Source of the DNA: an uncultured delta proteobacterium
GTDB taxonomy: Bacteria > Myxococcota > Myxococcia > Myxococcales > Myxococcaceae
DNA length: 64,000 nucleotides
Direction of reading: 5' to 3'
Assembly (NCBI GenBank): GCA_963771175.1
Contig: CAVYSY010000031.1
Location: 96,001 to 160,000 of the forward strand
Below, piece by piece: positions 1-9,349 of the stretch (positions within the stretch are counted from its first letter, which is position 1; each line of letters starts with the position of its first letter). Below the pieces are notes generated by a model. That model ran no database searches, was not told the DNA's origin, and worked only from the letters and a program-made list of their open reading frames with translations. Both the position numbers and the translations under genes were made by a program.

Positions 1-1894
1 ATCCGAGCCGGAGCCCAGGTTGCTCTCCGCCCAGCGGGATGACTCGAAGCTGGACGAGCGGAAGAACGCCAGCGCGGGCGCGATGAGCAGCAGCACCAGC
101 GAGCAGCAGAACCAACTGCCGCGCGGAGTGTCGCTGACGAGCGTCACCTTGTAGTTCTGCCCCCGCGGCTGAGCCATCGAAGAAGGCGGTGGTGCGCAGC
201 ACGTAGCGCCCCGGCGCCACCGAGGACACGTACTCCGTCTCGCTCTGTCCTCCCTCGCTCCAGGAGCCGTCCGAGTCGCTGCCGGAGTAGTAGCTGATCT
301 CCTCGTAGAAGCTGACCACCTCGCCGGTGGCCTCGTTCACCAGGTCGCCCTGGACGCCGAGCCAGCCGTTGTTCACCGGCGAGGACACCTCGGCGCGCAC
401 GTTGCCCTTCTTGTGGATGTCGAAGGGCTGGCTGAAGTGCATGGCCGAGGGCGTGCCGGACTGTGCGTCCTGCGCCACGGCCACCTGCTCCACCAGCACC
501 GTCTCCCGGGCGGCCCGCACGTTGACCAAGAGGTACACGGCGAGCAGCGCCATGGCCCAGAGGCCCGTCCACTTCCAGGCGGGCGCGCTCGAGTGCGGGT
601 TGGGCTGGCTGGGGGCGATGCCCTGGGGCGTCGGCAGGGGCTCCTTGAGCTGGAAGGCCTCGCGCACCACCTCGGGTAGCAGGTACTCGCCCCGCGTGTA
701 CGTCACCTCGTTGTCGTTGCGGTCCAGGTTCACCGAGTACGGTGGATTCACGTACTCCTCGGCCTCGGCCCACTCGCCCGCCTTCACCTCCCAGTAGAAC
801 TCGCCCAGCACGGCCTCGGTGATGGCCGTCACGCGCTGGAAGGCCCGGTAGCGCTTGCCCTCCAGGTGCGCGGCGACGCCCGGGGACACCGCCACCTCGC
901 CCGCGTCCAGGGGCGTGAGGAACACCCAGTGCCCGTTGGAGTTCATCAACCAGGTGAAGCCGCGCTCCCGGTTGAAGAGGAGGTACTCCTCCCAGGGGTA
1001 GCGCACGCCCTCCACCGTGCACGAGCGCACCAGGAAGCCGATGCACACCCACTGGGCGCCATCCAGCTTGCCCCGGGCCCCCAGGGGAATCAGGGGCGCG
1101 TGGTCCGGCTTCTCCAGCAGTTGGAGGAAGGCCAGCTTGCCCTGGCTCGCGTCGAGCAGCGCGCCGCAGTAGGGGCAGGCCACGCGCTTCGTCCGGTCCG
1201 GAGCGCGCAGCTCCAGCGCACCGTTGCAGTGGGTGCAGCGCGCCTGCTGCAGCGCCACCTTCTTCACCCGGGGCCGGAGCTGGTCCGCGGCGATGCCCAG
1301 CTCGGACAGCTTCAGCTTCCGGCCGATGTAGACCTCGGGGTTACCCCGCTCGGTGCCGAAGTCCAGCGAGGCGAAGGCGCCGCTGGGACCCGTGACGTCC
1401 ACGTAGTAGCTGTCCGCGCTCGGGTCCACGTCGCTGGGGAGCTGGCCCGCGGCGGCCACCACCCGGGCACGCCCGCGCTCCTCCACCACGAAGCGGTGGT
1501 CCTTCAGGCTGAAGCGGTGGCCGGGATGCAGGTCGTCGTACCCCAGGCCCTGCTCCACGCCCGAGGCGAGCAGGAAGTAGAAGGCGCCCTCGGCCTCGGA
1601 GAGCCAGCCGGTGCGCCCGTCGTCGAGCTCCACGTACCACTCGTCCCAGGGTCCCGCGCCATGGTCCTTCTGGAGGTGGCCCACCAGCCGGTAGCCGACG
1701 CGGCCGATGCGACCCTCCGCGTTGAGCTGCAGGGGCGAGTCGGTATCGACGATGGCGCCAATCTTCCCGTGCGCCTCGAGGTTGAGACCCTTCTTCGCCA
1801 CCACCGTCTGGCAGTGGTCGCACACCACCACCTGCGCCGTACCAGCGGAGAACTCGATGGGAGCCCCACAGGAGGGGCAGTTGCCCTGCGTCAC
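1..1894 (-). CDS. DUF4178 domain-containing protein, 3' end runs off the window; apparent 1-nt frameshift near 170-185
   Basis: Not in the ORF track. Manual translation from GTG at 1894, overlapping the speD stop, gives MTQGNCPSCGAPIEF...CDHC (Zn ribbon), WDEWY and WEEYLLF repeats, and GEFYWEVKAGE. The expected C-terminal TM helix and FESSRWAESN tail lie in another frame below about 180. Confidence 0.8.
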   Translation of the reverse strand, partial: MTQGNCPSCGAPIEFSAGTAQVVVCDHCQTVVAKKGLNLEAHGKIGAIVDTDSPLQLNAEGRIGRVGYRLVGHLQKDHGAGPWDEWYVELDDGRTGWLSEAEGAFYFLLASGVEQGLGYDDLHPGHRFSLKDHRFVVEERGRARVVAAAGQLPSDVDPSADSYYVDVTGPSGAFASLDFGTERGNPEVYIGRKLKLSELGIAADQLRPRVKKVALQQARCTHCNGALELRAPDRTKRVACPYCGALLDASQGKLAFLQLLEKPDHAPLIPLGARGKLDGAQWVCIGFLVRSCTVEGVRYPWEEYLLFNRERGFTWLMNSNGHWVFLTPLDAGEVAVSPGVAAHLEGKRYRAFQRVTAITEAVLGEFYWEVKAGEWAEAEEYVNPPYSVNLDRNDNEVTYTRGEYLLPEVVREAFQLKEPLPTPQGIAPSQPNPHSSAPAWKWTGLWAMALLAVYLLVNVRAARETVLVEQVAVAQDAQSGTPSAMHFSQPFDIHKKGNVRAEVSSPVNNGWLGVQGDLVNEATGEVVSFYEEISYYSGSDSDGSWSEGGQSETEYVSSVAPGRYVLRTTAFFDGSAAGAELQGDARQRHSARQLVLLLAGAAAHRARAGVLPLVQLRVIPLGGEQPGLRLG

Positions 1895-2241
1895 GCCCCT
1901 ACCCCCCGAGGCAGCTCACGGACGCGGCAGGAGGCCGCGCCGAGGTGCCGCACCACCAGCGCCTCGAAGTCCGGGCGCGTACGGGGGCGGCAGCAGTAGA
2001 CGTTGAGCGCGGCGAAGCCGTGCTCGGGGAAGGTATGGACGGCCAGGTGGCTCTCCGCGAGCAGCGTGAGTCCGGTGATGCCTCCCGGCTCCGGGAAGAC
2101 GTGCCACTGCGGCTGACCCACCACCTTCAGCTCCAGCAGAACGATGAGCTCCTCGAACAGGGCCGCGAGCACACCGGGCTCCTTCAGGCGCTCCGGCGGG
2201 CACCCGCTCACATCCACCAGCCATTCCTGTCCGGTCGTCAG
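1891..2241 (-). CDS. speD: S-adenosylmethionine decarboxylase proenzyme
   Basis: GGITGLTLLAESHLAVHTFPEHGFAALNVYCC carries the ES-H self-cleavage motif. ORF track starts at 2217; the frame extends to a CTG at 2241 preceded by GGAGGAAGG. Confidence 0.9.
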   Translation of the reverse strand: MTTGQEWLVDVSGCPPERLKEPGVLAALFEELIVLLELKVVGQPQWHVFPEPGGITGLTLLAESHLAVHTFPEHGFAALNVYCCRPRTRPDFEALVVRHLGAASCRVRELPRGVGA

Positions 2242-2331
2242 CGTCCTTCCTCCCTATGCCCCCACCTTGTACCACGGGCCCCGGGGCCCGTGAGAACGGA
2301 AGGGCCCGGCCCTGGTAGGCTCCGGGTCCGC

Positions 2332-3339
2332 ATGTCCCAGAAGGACCTCGTTCCCCGCCCTCCGCCTTCCCCATCCGAGGGGGAGCGCCCCGTCGCCAAT
2401 ACCCTGAAGCCACCCGCCACGGGCGCGGTGGCGAGGCTCGTCCGCTCGCTGCGCGGGCTGCCCGAGGCCGAGCGCTGGTCCGGTGCCGGCAGCACGGGGC
2501 TCGCCGGCTGGTTCAAGGCGGAGACGCCACCGCCCACGGATGTGACGGCCCGCTTCCGCGAGGTGCACCAGCGGGTGCGCGAGGGCGAGCCAGTGCTGCC
2601 GGACGAGGCCCGGCGCCATCTGTACCTCCTGGTGAAGGGGATGCTGGGCGACGAGGTGCCTGGCTACCTGGAGGACAACCAGCTTCGCCTGGAGAAGCGG
2701 GGGCTGGAGACGCGCGAGGTGGCGGTGGACACCGAGGGGCGGCTCGTGGACAACGTGGAGGTGGTGCGCGACGCGCTGCTGGACGCCGTCCACTTCGGCC
2801 GCACGGTGGTGCTGGTGGGCCACAGCAAGGGGGGCGTGGAGGCGATGAGCACGCTGGCGCTCCACCCGGAGCTGCGCCGGCACGTGCGCGCGGTGGTGGC
2901 GCTGCAGGCGCCCTTTGGCGGCTCGGTCATCGCCAACGACCTGGTGACGACGCCCTCGCTGCGGCGGCTGCTGGACGTGGCCTTCCCCTCGCTCTTCCAG
3001 GGGGAGGCGGGCTCGGTGGAGGACCTGTCGTACGCGAAGCGGATGGAGTTCGTGCGGCGCCACCCCTACCCCACGGACGTGCCCACGGTGGCGCTGGCGA
3101 CGTCGCGGCTGTCGAGGCGCTCGCTGATGCGGCCGCTGTGCGCGTACGTGCACGAGCGCTACGGCTGGGCGTGCGACGGGCTGGTGAACGCGGTGGACGC
3201 GGAGGTGCCGGGCTCGCGCGTGGTGCGGCTGGACGACATGGACCACGCCGAGGGCGCCCTCACGGGCCTCCCTGGCTTCTCCAACTACTACCCGAGCGAC
3301 ATCACCGAGACGATGGTGGCGCTCGCACTGGAGACGTAG
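2332..3339 (+). CDS. alpha/beta-hydrolase (lipase/esterase)
   Basis: GHSKGG nucleophile elbow, QAPFGGS, CDGLV and MDH catalytic-triad motifs; ATG at 2332. Confidence 0.8.
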   Translation: MSQKDLVPRPPPSPSEGERPVANTLKPPATGAVARLVRSLRGLPEAERWSGAGSTGLAGWFKAETPPPTDVTARFREVHQRVREGEPVLPDEARRHLYLLVKGMLGDEVPGYLEDNQLRLEKRGLETREVAVDTEGRLVDNVEVVRDALLDAVHFGRTVVLVGHSKGGVEAMSTLALHPELRRHVRAVVALQAPFGGSVIANDLVTTPSLRRLLDVAFPSLFQGEAGSVEDLSYAKRMEFVRRHPYPTDVPTVALATSRLSRRSLMRPLCAYVHERYGWACDGLVNAVDAEVPGSRVVRLDDMDHAEGALTGLPGFSNYYPSDITETMVALALET

Positions 3340-3351
3340 ACGAGGTGGGGA

Positions 3352-3807
3352 CTACAGCAGGGGTGATGGGAGAGAACGTTTCTCGTGGGGAAGACGGATT
3401 TCATCCTCCAGTTGTAGTCCGTCCGTCCAGTTTTCCGCGTCCGCGTTCAACACCAACTGACCCCCGATTCTTTGCAACGTGATGTGCTCTCCGTTGAAAA
3501 GGAGGACACCGTCCCGGCTGTGCTCCAGAAGGAGCATCGTCGCGCGCAGCATGACCCGATTTCCCTCTTCGTAATCATCGCTGTTCGGGTCGAGCCGGAA
3601 TCCCACCGATAGCTCGGGGATGAAATGAAATCCTTCCTCGATCAACGACTTCCAGTTCTGATTCGGCTCAATGGCGCTGATCCAGAGCGCGGGTCCGATC
3701 AAATGAGTGGCATCACCCCACGTCATCCCGAAGCGCTCAGCCATGAGACGCAATGCATCTTCGGGCGTCATGGTGGTTGATAGGTCCAAGCTACTATCAA
3801 GTCCCAC
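3352..3807 (-). CDS. SitI3-like immunity protein
   Basis: 151 aa directly downstream of the toxin gene, lower GC; MGLDSSLDLST start and DGVLLFNGEHITLQRIGGQLVLN motif resemble myxobacterial SitI3. Confidence 0.7.
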   Translation of the reverse strand: MGLDSSLDLSTTMTPEDALRLMAERFGMTWGDATHLIGPALWISAIEPNQNWKSLIEEGFHFIPELSVGFRLDPNSDDYEEGNRVMLRATMLLLEHSRDGVLLFNGEHITLQRIGGQLVLNADAENWTDGLQLEDEIRLPHEKRSLPSPLL

Positions 3808-3825
3808 ACCATCCTCCTGTCATAC

Positions 3826-5243
3826 TCACGGGAAGAGTGAGACGACCGTACCCGCCTTGATGCCGATGACTTTTTTCAGGCCGGGAATCGTCCAATCCGT
3901 GAGCTGCTTCTTCATGGCATCGAGCGTGACGCTGGTGTCGTCAAGATTCAAAATGATTCTGCTTGCCTGATCTCTTTGTACCTTTTGGGTCTCCATGTTG
4001 GTGGCGATATTCCGGGCACTTGGGCTGGACGGGGCATAACAGTCGAAATACTCCCCATCGATCTTGTAATCAGGCTTCGTTCCGTTCGGCTTGGGTAGAG
4101 GGTTTTGCTCCACATGGTAGCCGCTGTCCGCGAGGATTCGCGCAGAATCATTCTCGCGGTCGATTGCTCTGATGTTTTCTGGCCTCTTGTCATTGGGTCC
4201 GGGTCGAGTCGGGCGTCCTGTCAGGCGACCCTTCGTGCCTGAACTACCGCCTGCACCTCCGCCCAGGGCCGTCATGGCGACCGCGCCCGGCGTGAGGGCG
4301 ATGGTGAATGCGCCCTCGGCGGACACAGCCACCGAGCGCACCTCGCCCACCGCCGCCAGTCGGAAGCCGCCCTGCGTCTCCGCCAGCACCGCGGCTCGCG
4401 AGTAGCCCGGCAGCCCCGGCCCCTTCCCCGCCAATCCCACCGTATTGCCGATGGCCGCCGTCGCCAGCAGCACGAAGGCCCTCGCCGCGTGCCTGCCCAT
4501 CACCTTGCCGTACCGCTCGCCCGCCTCCCGCAACTCCTCGAAGTTCCTGGCCCGGTCCACCTCTTCCACCAACTGGACCCAGCCCCCTATCAACCCCCAC
4601 ACCGTGTCCACCCCGAGGTAGGCGATGAGGGCAGCCGTCAGGGTAGCGGCCAGGCCCTTGCTCACCGGCTCGGGTAGCACCCAGAGCAGCATGTACATGG
4701 CCATGGCGGACACGATGCTGGCCCGCACCGCCTCGGGGTCCGCCAGCTCCACCAGCGCCGCCTTCGTCTCGTCCCACACCGAGTCCACGGCGATGGCCAT
4801 CGCCAGCGTGTACCGCCCATCCGCATCGAGCGTGGGCGTGTCCTTCAGCAGGGAGAAGCAGTCCTCCTGGTGGCTCCTTCGCTCGCACCAGCGCCCATAA
4901 CCCCGCGTCACCTCGTCCTGCTCCGCGAGCAGCCGGGGCCCTCGCGTATCCGACGCCGCGGCTTCCAGGCGCCGTCCCGTCCACTCCAGGTACACCTCCT
5001 CCTGCCAGGACTCGAACATCAGCGCCCGTGCCCGCCTCAGGGGATGCGCAGCGGGCTTCACGTCCCGGGCCACCTCCGCCAGCGACTGCTCGAGCTCGTC
5101 CGCGCGCAGCCGCACCGGCTCCTGGCCAGGGTCCGGGGTGTGGACGCGGGGCTTGCCCTGTCCTGTGTCCAGGCGTACGGCACGGGTAACGGTGCCGCAG
5201 CCGGCGAGCAGCACCAGCGCCAGCGCATCCAGAGCGGCTTCAT
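3826..5243 (-). CDS. SitA5-like lipoprotein polymorphic toxin with CdiA-CT-type nuclease/tRNase tip; 1-nt frameshift in the signal peptide
   Basis: Lipobox LAGC, VRLDTGQGKPRVHTP, WVLPEPVSKG, Gly-rich linker, then RENDSARILADSGYHVEQNP...KPDYKIDGEYFDCYAP...QASRIILNL. GGAGG RBS precedes ATG at 5243, which is out of frame by one base. Confidence 0.8.
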
Positions 5244-5468
5244 GGGAACGCCTCCGAGTCCTGACCACCCTCTTTTGGGTAGCCAGCCTAACGGAATACC
5301 TGATGGGTCCGACAGGGCCCGAGGCAGCGCTCATGCGGGGACGCCAGGATGGGTCTGAATGGCGAGACCTCCTGGGTGCGGCAAACGGGCTCCGGCGTCC
5401 CAGGAGCCGTGAAACCGCTGCACGGAGAAAGGCCCGCTCACTTGTAGACGTCTACCACTGAACCAGGT

Positions 5469-5550
5469 GCGCGTGGTCCCGCTCCTCCACTGGCAGGGCG
5501 GACCCCCGCGGCACGGTGCCGTCACCGCCCATGTCCCGCCGTCCGGCAGC
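5469..5550. repeat. about 82-bp copy of an internal segment (8121-8203) of the lipase-CHAT gene
   Basis: gcgcgtggtcccgctcctccac...cacggtgcc...cgcccatgtcccg...gtccggcagc occurs at both sites in the same orientation with few mismatches. Confidence 0.9.
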
Positions 5551-5610
5551 TTCTCCAACTACTACCCGAGCGACATCACCGAGACGATGGTGGCCCTCGC
5601 ACTCGACACG
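5549..5610 (+). repeat. about 62-bp direct repeat of the lipase 3' end (3275-3336)
   Basis: gcttctccaactactacccgagcgacatcaccgagacgatggtggc is identical at both sites; the second copy ends in its own stop (TGA 5617-5619). Confidence 0.95.
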
Positions 5611-5632
5611 AGGGCCTGAATCCCGGGAGGTA

Positions 5633-5956
5633 TCACTCCCGGGCCCCTATGAACCAGACGATGTCTCCAATGTCGGGGGGGCGTCCAAGGCGTGCCCACT
5701 CCGAGTCGATGCGTGCGAGCTGCTCGTCCACCGAACCACCCCAGGGCTGGTAGTCACCGCCCGGAAGCAGGCGGATGGCCCGGAGCAAGCCCTGGCTCAG
5801 CAAGGGCTGGAGAGCCCGAAGCGCTTCATGACGAATCTCCTCCTCCGACGCTCCGGGCCTGAGCTGGCGGATGTCATCAGCAATCCACCACAAGCCAATA
5901 TCGCTACTGGCACCAGCCTCGACCCAGCGCATTCGTGCCTCTTCCAGTTGCCTCAC
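5633..5956 (-). CDS. hypothetical protein, possibly immunity-like
   Basis: 107-aa ORF with GTGA overlap with the upstream gene stop; protein-like composition with GLWW, QPW, EW and DIVWF motifs. Confidence 0.7.
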   Translation of the reverse strand: MRQLEEARMRWVEAGASSDIGLWWIADDIRQLRPGASEEEIRHEALRALQPLLSQGLLRAIRLLPGGDYQPWGGSVDEQLARIDSEWARLGRPPDIGDIVWFIGARE

Positions 5957-8900
5957 GCCGCGGCCACGCCCGCCGCCACGGCCACCTGCGACAGCCGCGC
6001 CATCACATCCCCCACGAAGACGTAGGAGAGGTACGTGGGGGACTTCTGGGCCTCACGCTCGCGCAGGGCCCGGAGCGCCTCGCCCACGGTGAGCTGCTTC
6101 TCCCTCATGTCCGCCACGAGCTGCTCCACCACGTTGCGCGCGTGCCCGTCCTGCACCGGCCACAGCGGCGCGATGAAGCCGGCGAAGCGCTCGCTCACGA
6201 AGGCCTCGGCCCACCCGCCCATGCCGCCGAGCAGCTCGGTGGCCGCGCCCACCTCGCAGGCGTTGAAGAGCACGAGCGGCCGGAACCTCCGGCCCATCGT
6301 CACCAGCGGGTTGCGCACCTCGAGCGTGTGCAGCGGCCCGTCCTCCAGGTAGATGTACGAAGGCGTCACCGCGTCCCCGCTGTACTTGCCGTGCCCGGCG
6401 AAGTGCAGCAGCCCCACGGGCTTGACGTAGCCCCCCTTCAGCACCTCCAGCACGCGCTTGCGGCTGCCCGGCACTCGCACCGCGCCGAAGCGCCGGGCGA
6501 GGTGCAGCGACTCCTGCTGCGCCTCGGGCAGCGGCGCCAGATGCGCGTGGTACTGGTAGTCCGGGGCGATGGTGAGGATGTCCCCGTGCGGCAGGCGCGC
6601 CGTCAGCGACGTCTGGTAGTCGAGCAGCCACCGCGCCACCGGGTGCTCCACGCACAGCAGCCCCGCTCCCGGCACGTCCGAGGGCGCCATCAGCTCCCAG
6701 GGGATATGCGGGTCATCGCTGATGAACTGGATGGGGAAGCCCGGCCCGTACTGGTGACGCAGGGCGCGAAACGTCTCCCGGAAGGCCGCCGGTGTCCGCT
6801 GGTAGAGCAGTTGCCCCAGCCCGAGAAAAAAAGGGTAGTGCTCTCCGGAGCGCATCTCCCGGGCGGCATTGGCCACGCTCTGGAAGAAGGCGGCCGGGTC
6901 CGAGCCCAGGTCCACCTCGCCCGACAGCCGGGCCGGCAGCCCCTCGCAGTCCACCGGCACCTGGAGCATCCAGTACAGGCGCCGCGGGTTGCTCCGGTCC
7001 AGGCGGTGGATCTGCACCGTCAGGTGGGGCTTCCGGGCATCGACCTCGATGGAGAACGCGCTCTGGCCCTCGGTGGCCTCGTCCCCACGCGAGTCCGGGC
7101 CCGCCGACGACGAGGCAGACGGACCCGGCAGGCCCGCCGCACCGGGCTCCAGCGGGATGCGCCGGCGGGCCGCGCCGCAGAAGCGCCCCCCGTGCTCGAA
7201 GGTGGCCACCACGGTGAGCTCGCCGGAGGCGTTCGGGTTCACGGTGCCCGTGAGGGTGGCGGCGAGCGAGTCCTGGTTGCGCCGCACCAGCACCACGCCC
7301 GTGTCACCGCCTGGACGGAACGTCATGTCCGAGCAGAGCAGGCGCACCTTGATGGGCAGCTCCTTCCAGTTCGGGTCCAACCCGGAGATGGAGACGCCCG
7401 AGGACTCCGTGTCTGGATCCAACTCCGCCAGCAGCAGGTCCACGGAGAGGGGCAGGGCCTGCCCCGGACGCGCGGGCACGATCGGCGACACCGAGGGGTG
7501 GCGCGTGATGGTCTGCCCCTCGTCCCGGACCTCGGGCCTGGGCGCGGACAGCTTCACCTGATGGTCAGACGAGCGGAACGGCTCCGTCTCCAGGCCCACC
7601 CGGGGCACCAGGTCGCCCAGGAACGACTCCAGCGCGGGATGCGCGCCCGCCGCGGGTACCGGAGGCATCGCCTGACCGGGAGTCCCGTGCCGCTCGTCCT
7701 CCACCCCGGACAACTGGCCCTCGCCGGGGAAGACGGCGAAGACGTTGGCCACGGGGACGACCTCGGGGCCTCCCTTGACGACGATGCGATACACGCCCGG
7801 CGGCAGAGGCCGCAGCGTGCCCTCGTGCAGACCGTCCGGCCCGCGCTTGAGCGCCACCTGGAAGGACTCGCCCGTGTCCGAGTTCGCCACATAGGCCTGG
7901 AGCGAGACGGGCTCCTCCGAGGGACGCACGCGCACCGTCACGGGCTCGTCGTGCGCGTACGCGTCGTCGAGGTGCAGCGAGAGGTTCCGGGGCGACACGC
8001 CACGCGTGCCGCGGAACTCGTTGAGGTTGATGTCCTGGCCGGAGAGCACGCCCTCCACGTGGGCGAGCACCTCGAAGGCGTTCTGCAGCGAGGCGTGGGA
8101 CGTGGCGCTGAACATGGCGCGCGCGTGGTCCCGCTCCTCCACCGGCAGGGCGGACACCCGAGGCACGGTGCCATCACCGCCCATGTCCCGGCCGTCCGGC
8201 AGCGAATAGAGCATCTCCAGCCCGGACTTCCCGAGGCGCGCGCTCTGCAGCGTGGGCTGGAAGGTGCCCACCACGGGGTACAGGTGGTAGCCGCGCTCGA
8301 GGTACTCGGAGCTGCGGGAGTTGGACTCCACGGCGCTGAGAATCTCCCGCTGGAAGGCGAGGCCCTCCGCGGCCAGGGTCGGGTCGAGCTGGGCGATGCC
8401 CTGGGCCTCCCCCGGCCGGACGAGGCTCCCATCCGGCATCTGGATGCATGGGTAGGTGGGCAGGAGCTGGTACGCCGAGGGCAGCGAGCGCACCATCGCC
8501 GACACGTCGAAGAGCTTCACCGGCCCGAGGCTCTTGCGGAAGCCCAGCGCGAGCGCCTGCAGCGCCATGAACGAGCCACGGTGGGGCGTGCCGAAGGTGA
8601 TGAGGGCCCGGGTGTGCTTCCAGCCGCCGAGGCACTCGAGGAAGTAGCGCGACACGACGCCGCCCATGGAGTGGGCCACGAGGATGAGGCGCGAGTCGGG
8701 CGAGCCGCCATTCGCCTCGCGCCACCGATGGAGCCACCCCATGGCCTCGCGCTCGAGGCGCTGCGCGGTGATGCGGATGTCGCGCCGCCAGTCGTAGGGG
8801 AACGTGAAGAAGTTGGCGCCGGGGATGAGGTTGAGCCGGCTCTCCAGCGTGCGGGCCACCTGGGTGTAGCCGTCCACCTTCCAGAAGCCGGGCAGGAGCT

Positions 8901-9123
8901 GGGTGTCGGGCAGCACCTTCGTCGCCACCACGCCATCGTCGGCGAGCTCGCCCCCGCTGTCGGACTTCAGGGTGAGCGACTCCACGCTCCCACCGAGGCT
9001 CGTCATCGCGCGCAGGAGCGCGCCACCCGAGAGGCCCCACACCTCCTTCCCGTCCCGCTCCAGCACGCTGCCGAGCAGACCCGGCAGCAGCACGACGACA
9101 TCCTTGGTGACGCTGGCAGCCAT
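5953..9123 (-). CDS. LCAT/PGAP1-like lipase fused to a C-terminal CHAT (caspase-like) protease domain
   Basis: N-terminal PGLLGS, YDWRRD, AHSMGG, GTPHRGS, GDGTVP; C-terminal IPWEL, LHFAGHG and LFNACE with catalytic His and Cys. Confidence 0.85.
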   Translation of the reverse strand: MAASVTKDVVVLLPGLLGSVLERDGKEVWGLSGGALLRAMTSLGGSVESLTLKSDSGGELADDGVVATKVLPDTQLLPGFWKVDGYTQVARTLESRLNLIPGANFFTFPYDWRRDIRITAQRLEREAMGWLHRWREANGGSPDSRLILVAHSMGGVVSRYFLECLGGWKHTRALITFGTPHRGSFMALQALALGFRKSLGPVKLFDVSAMVRSLPSAYQLLPTYPCIQMPDGSLVRPGEAQGIAQLDPTLAAEGLAFQREILSAVESNSRSSEYLERGYHLYPVVGTFQPTLQSARLGKSGLEMLYSLPDGRDMGGDGTVPRVSALPVEERDHARAMFSATSHASLQNAFEVLAHVEGVLSGQDINLNEFRGTRGVSPRNLSLHLDDAYAHDEPVTVRVRPSEEPVSLQAYVANSDTGESFQVALKRGPDGLHEGTLRPLPPGVYRIVVKGGPEVVPVANVFAVFPGEGQLSGVEDERHGTPGQAMPPVPAAGAHPALESFLGDLVPRVGLETEPFRSSDHQVKLSAPRPEVRDEGQTITRHPSVSPIVPARPGQALPLSVDLLLAELDPDTESSGVSISGLDPNWKELPIKVRLLCSDMTFRPGGDTGVVLVRRNQDSLAATLTGTVNPNASGELTVVATFEHGGRFCGAARRRIPLEPGAAGLPGPSASSSAGPDSRGDEATEGQSAFSIEVDARKPHLTVQIHRLDRSNPRRLYWMLQVPVDCEGLPARLSGEVDLGSDPAAFFQSVANAAREMRSGEHYPFFLGLGQLLYQRTPAAFRETFRALRHQYGPGFPIQFISDDPHIPWELMAPSDVPGAGLLCVEHPVARWLLDYQTSLTARLPHGDILTIAPDYQYHAHLAPLPEAQQESLHLARRFGAVRVPGSRKRVLEVLKGGYVKPVGLLHFAGHGKYSGDAVTPSYIYLEDGPLHTLEVRNPLVTMGRRFRPLVLFNACEVGAATELLGGMGGWAEAFVSERFAGFIAPLWPVQDGHARNVVEQLVADMREKQLTVGEALRALREREAQKSPTYLSYVFVGDVMARLSQVAVAAGVAAA

Positions 9124-9349
9124 TGCTTCCTCCAGAGGGAGCGACCCGGGTTCCGCGTACGGGCGAGGACCCAGAGAACTGACGATGCCTCGGATTCTAC
9201 GGTTCCCTCCCGACCCAACGGAAAAGGGTATCGGTACGGGATTGAACGCTCCGGCCCGGGGTGCGGCCTTCTGAACAGCGGTTCAGCGGGCACCATTCCC
9301 CTACGGCCCGGGTTGCGAGCCCTCGTTCGCTCTGTAGGATGCCCGGCCC

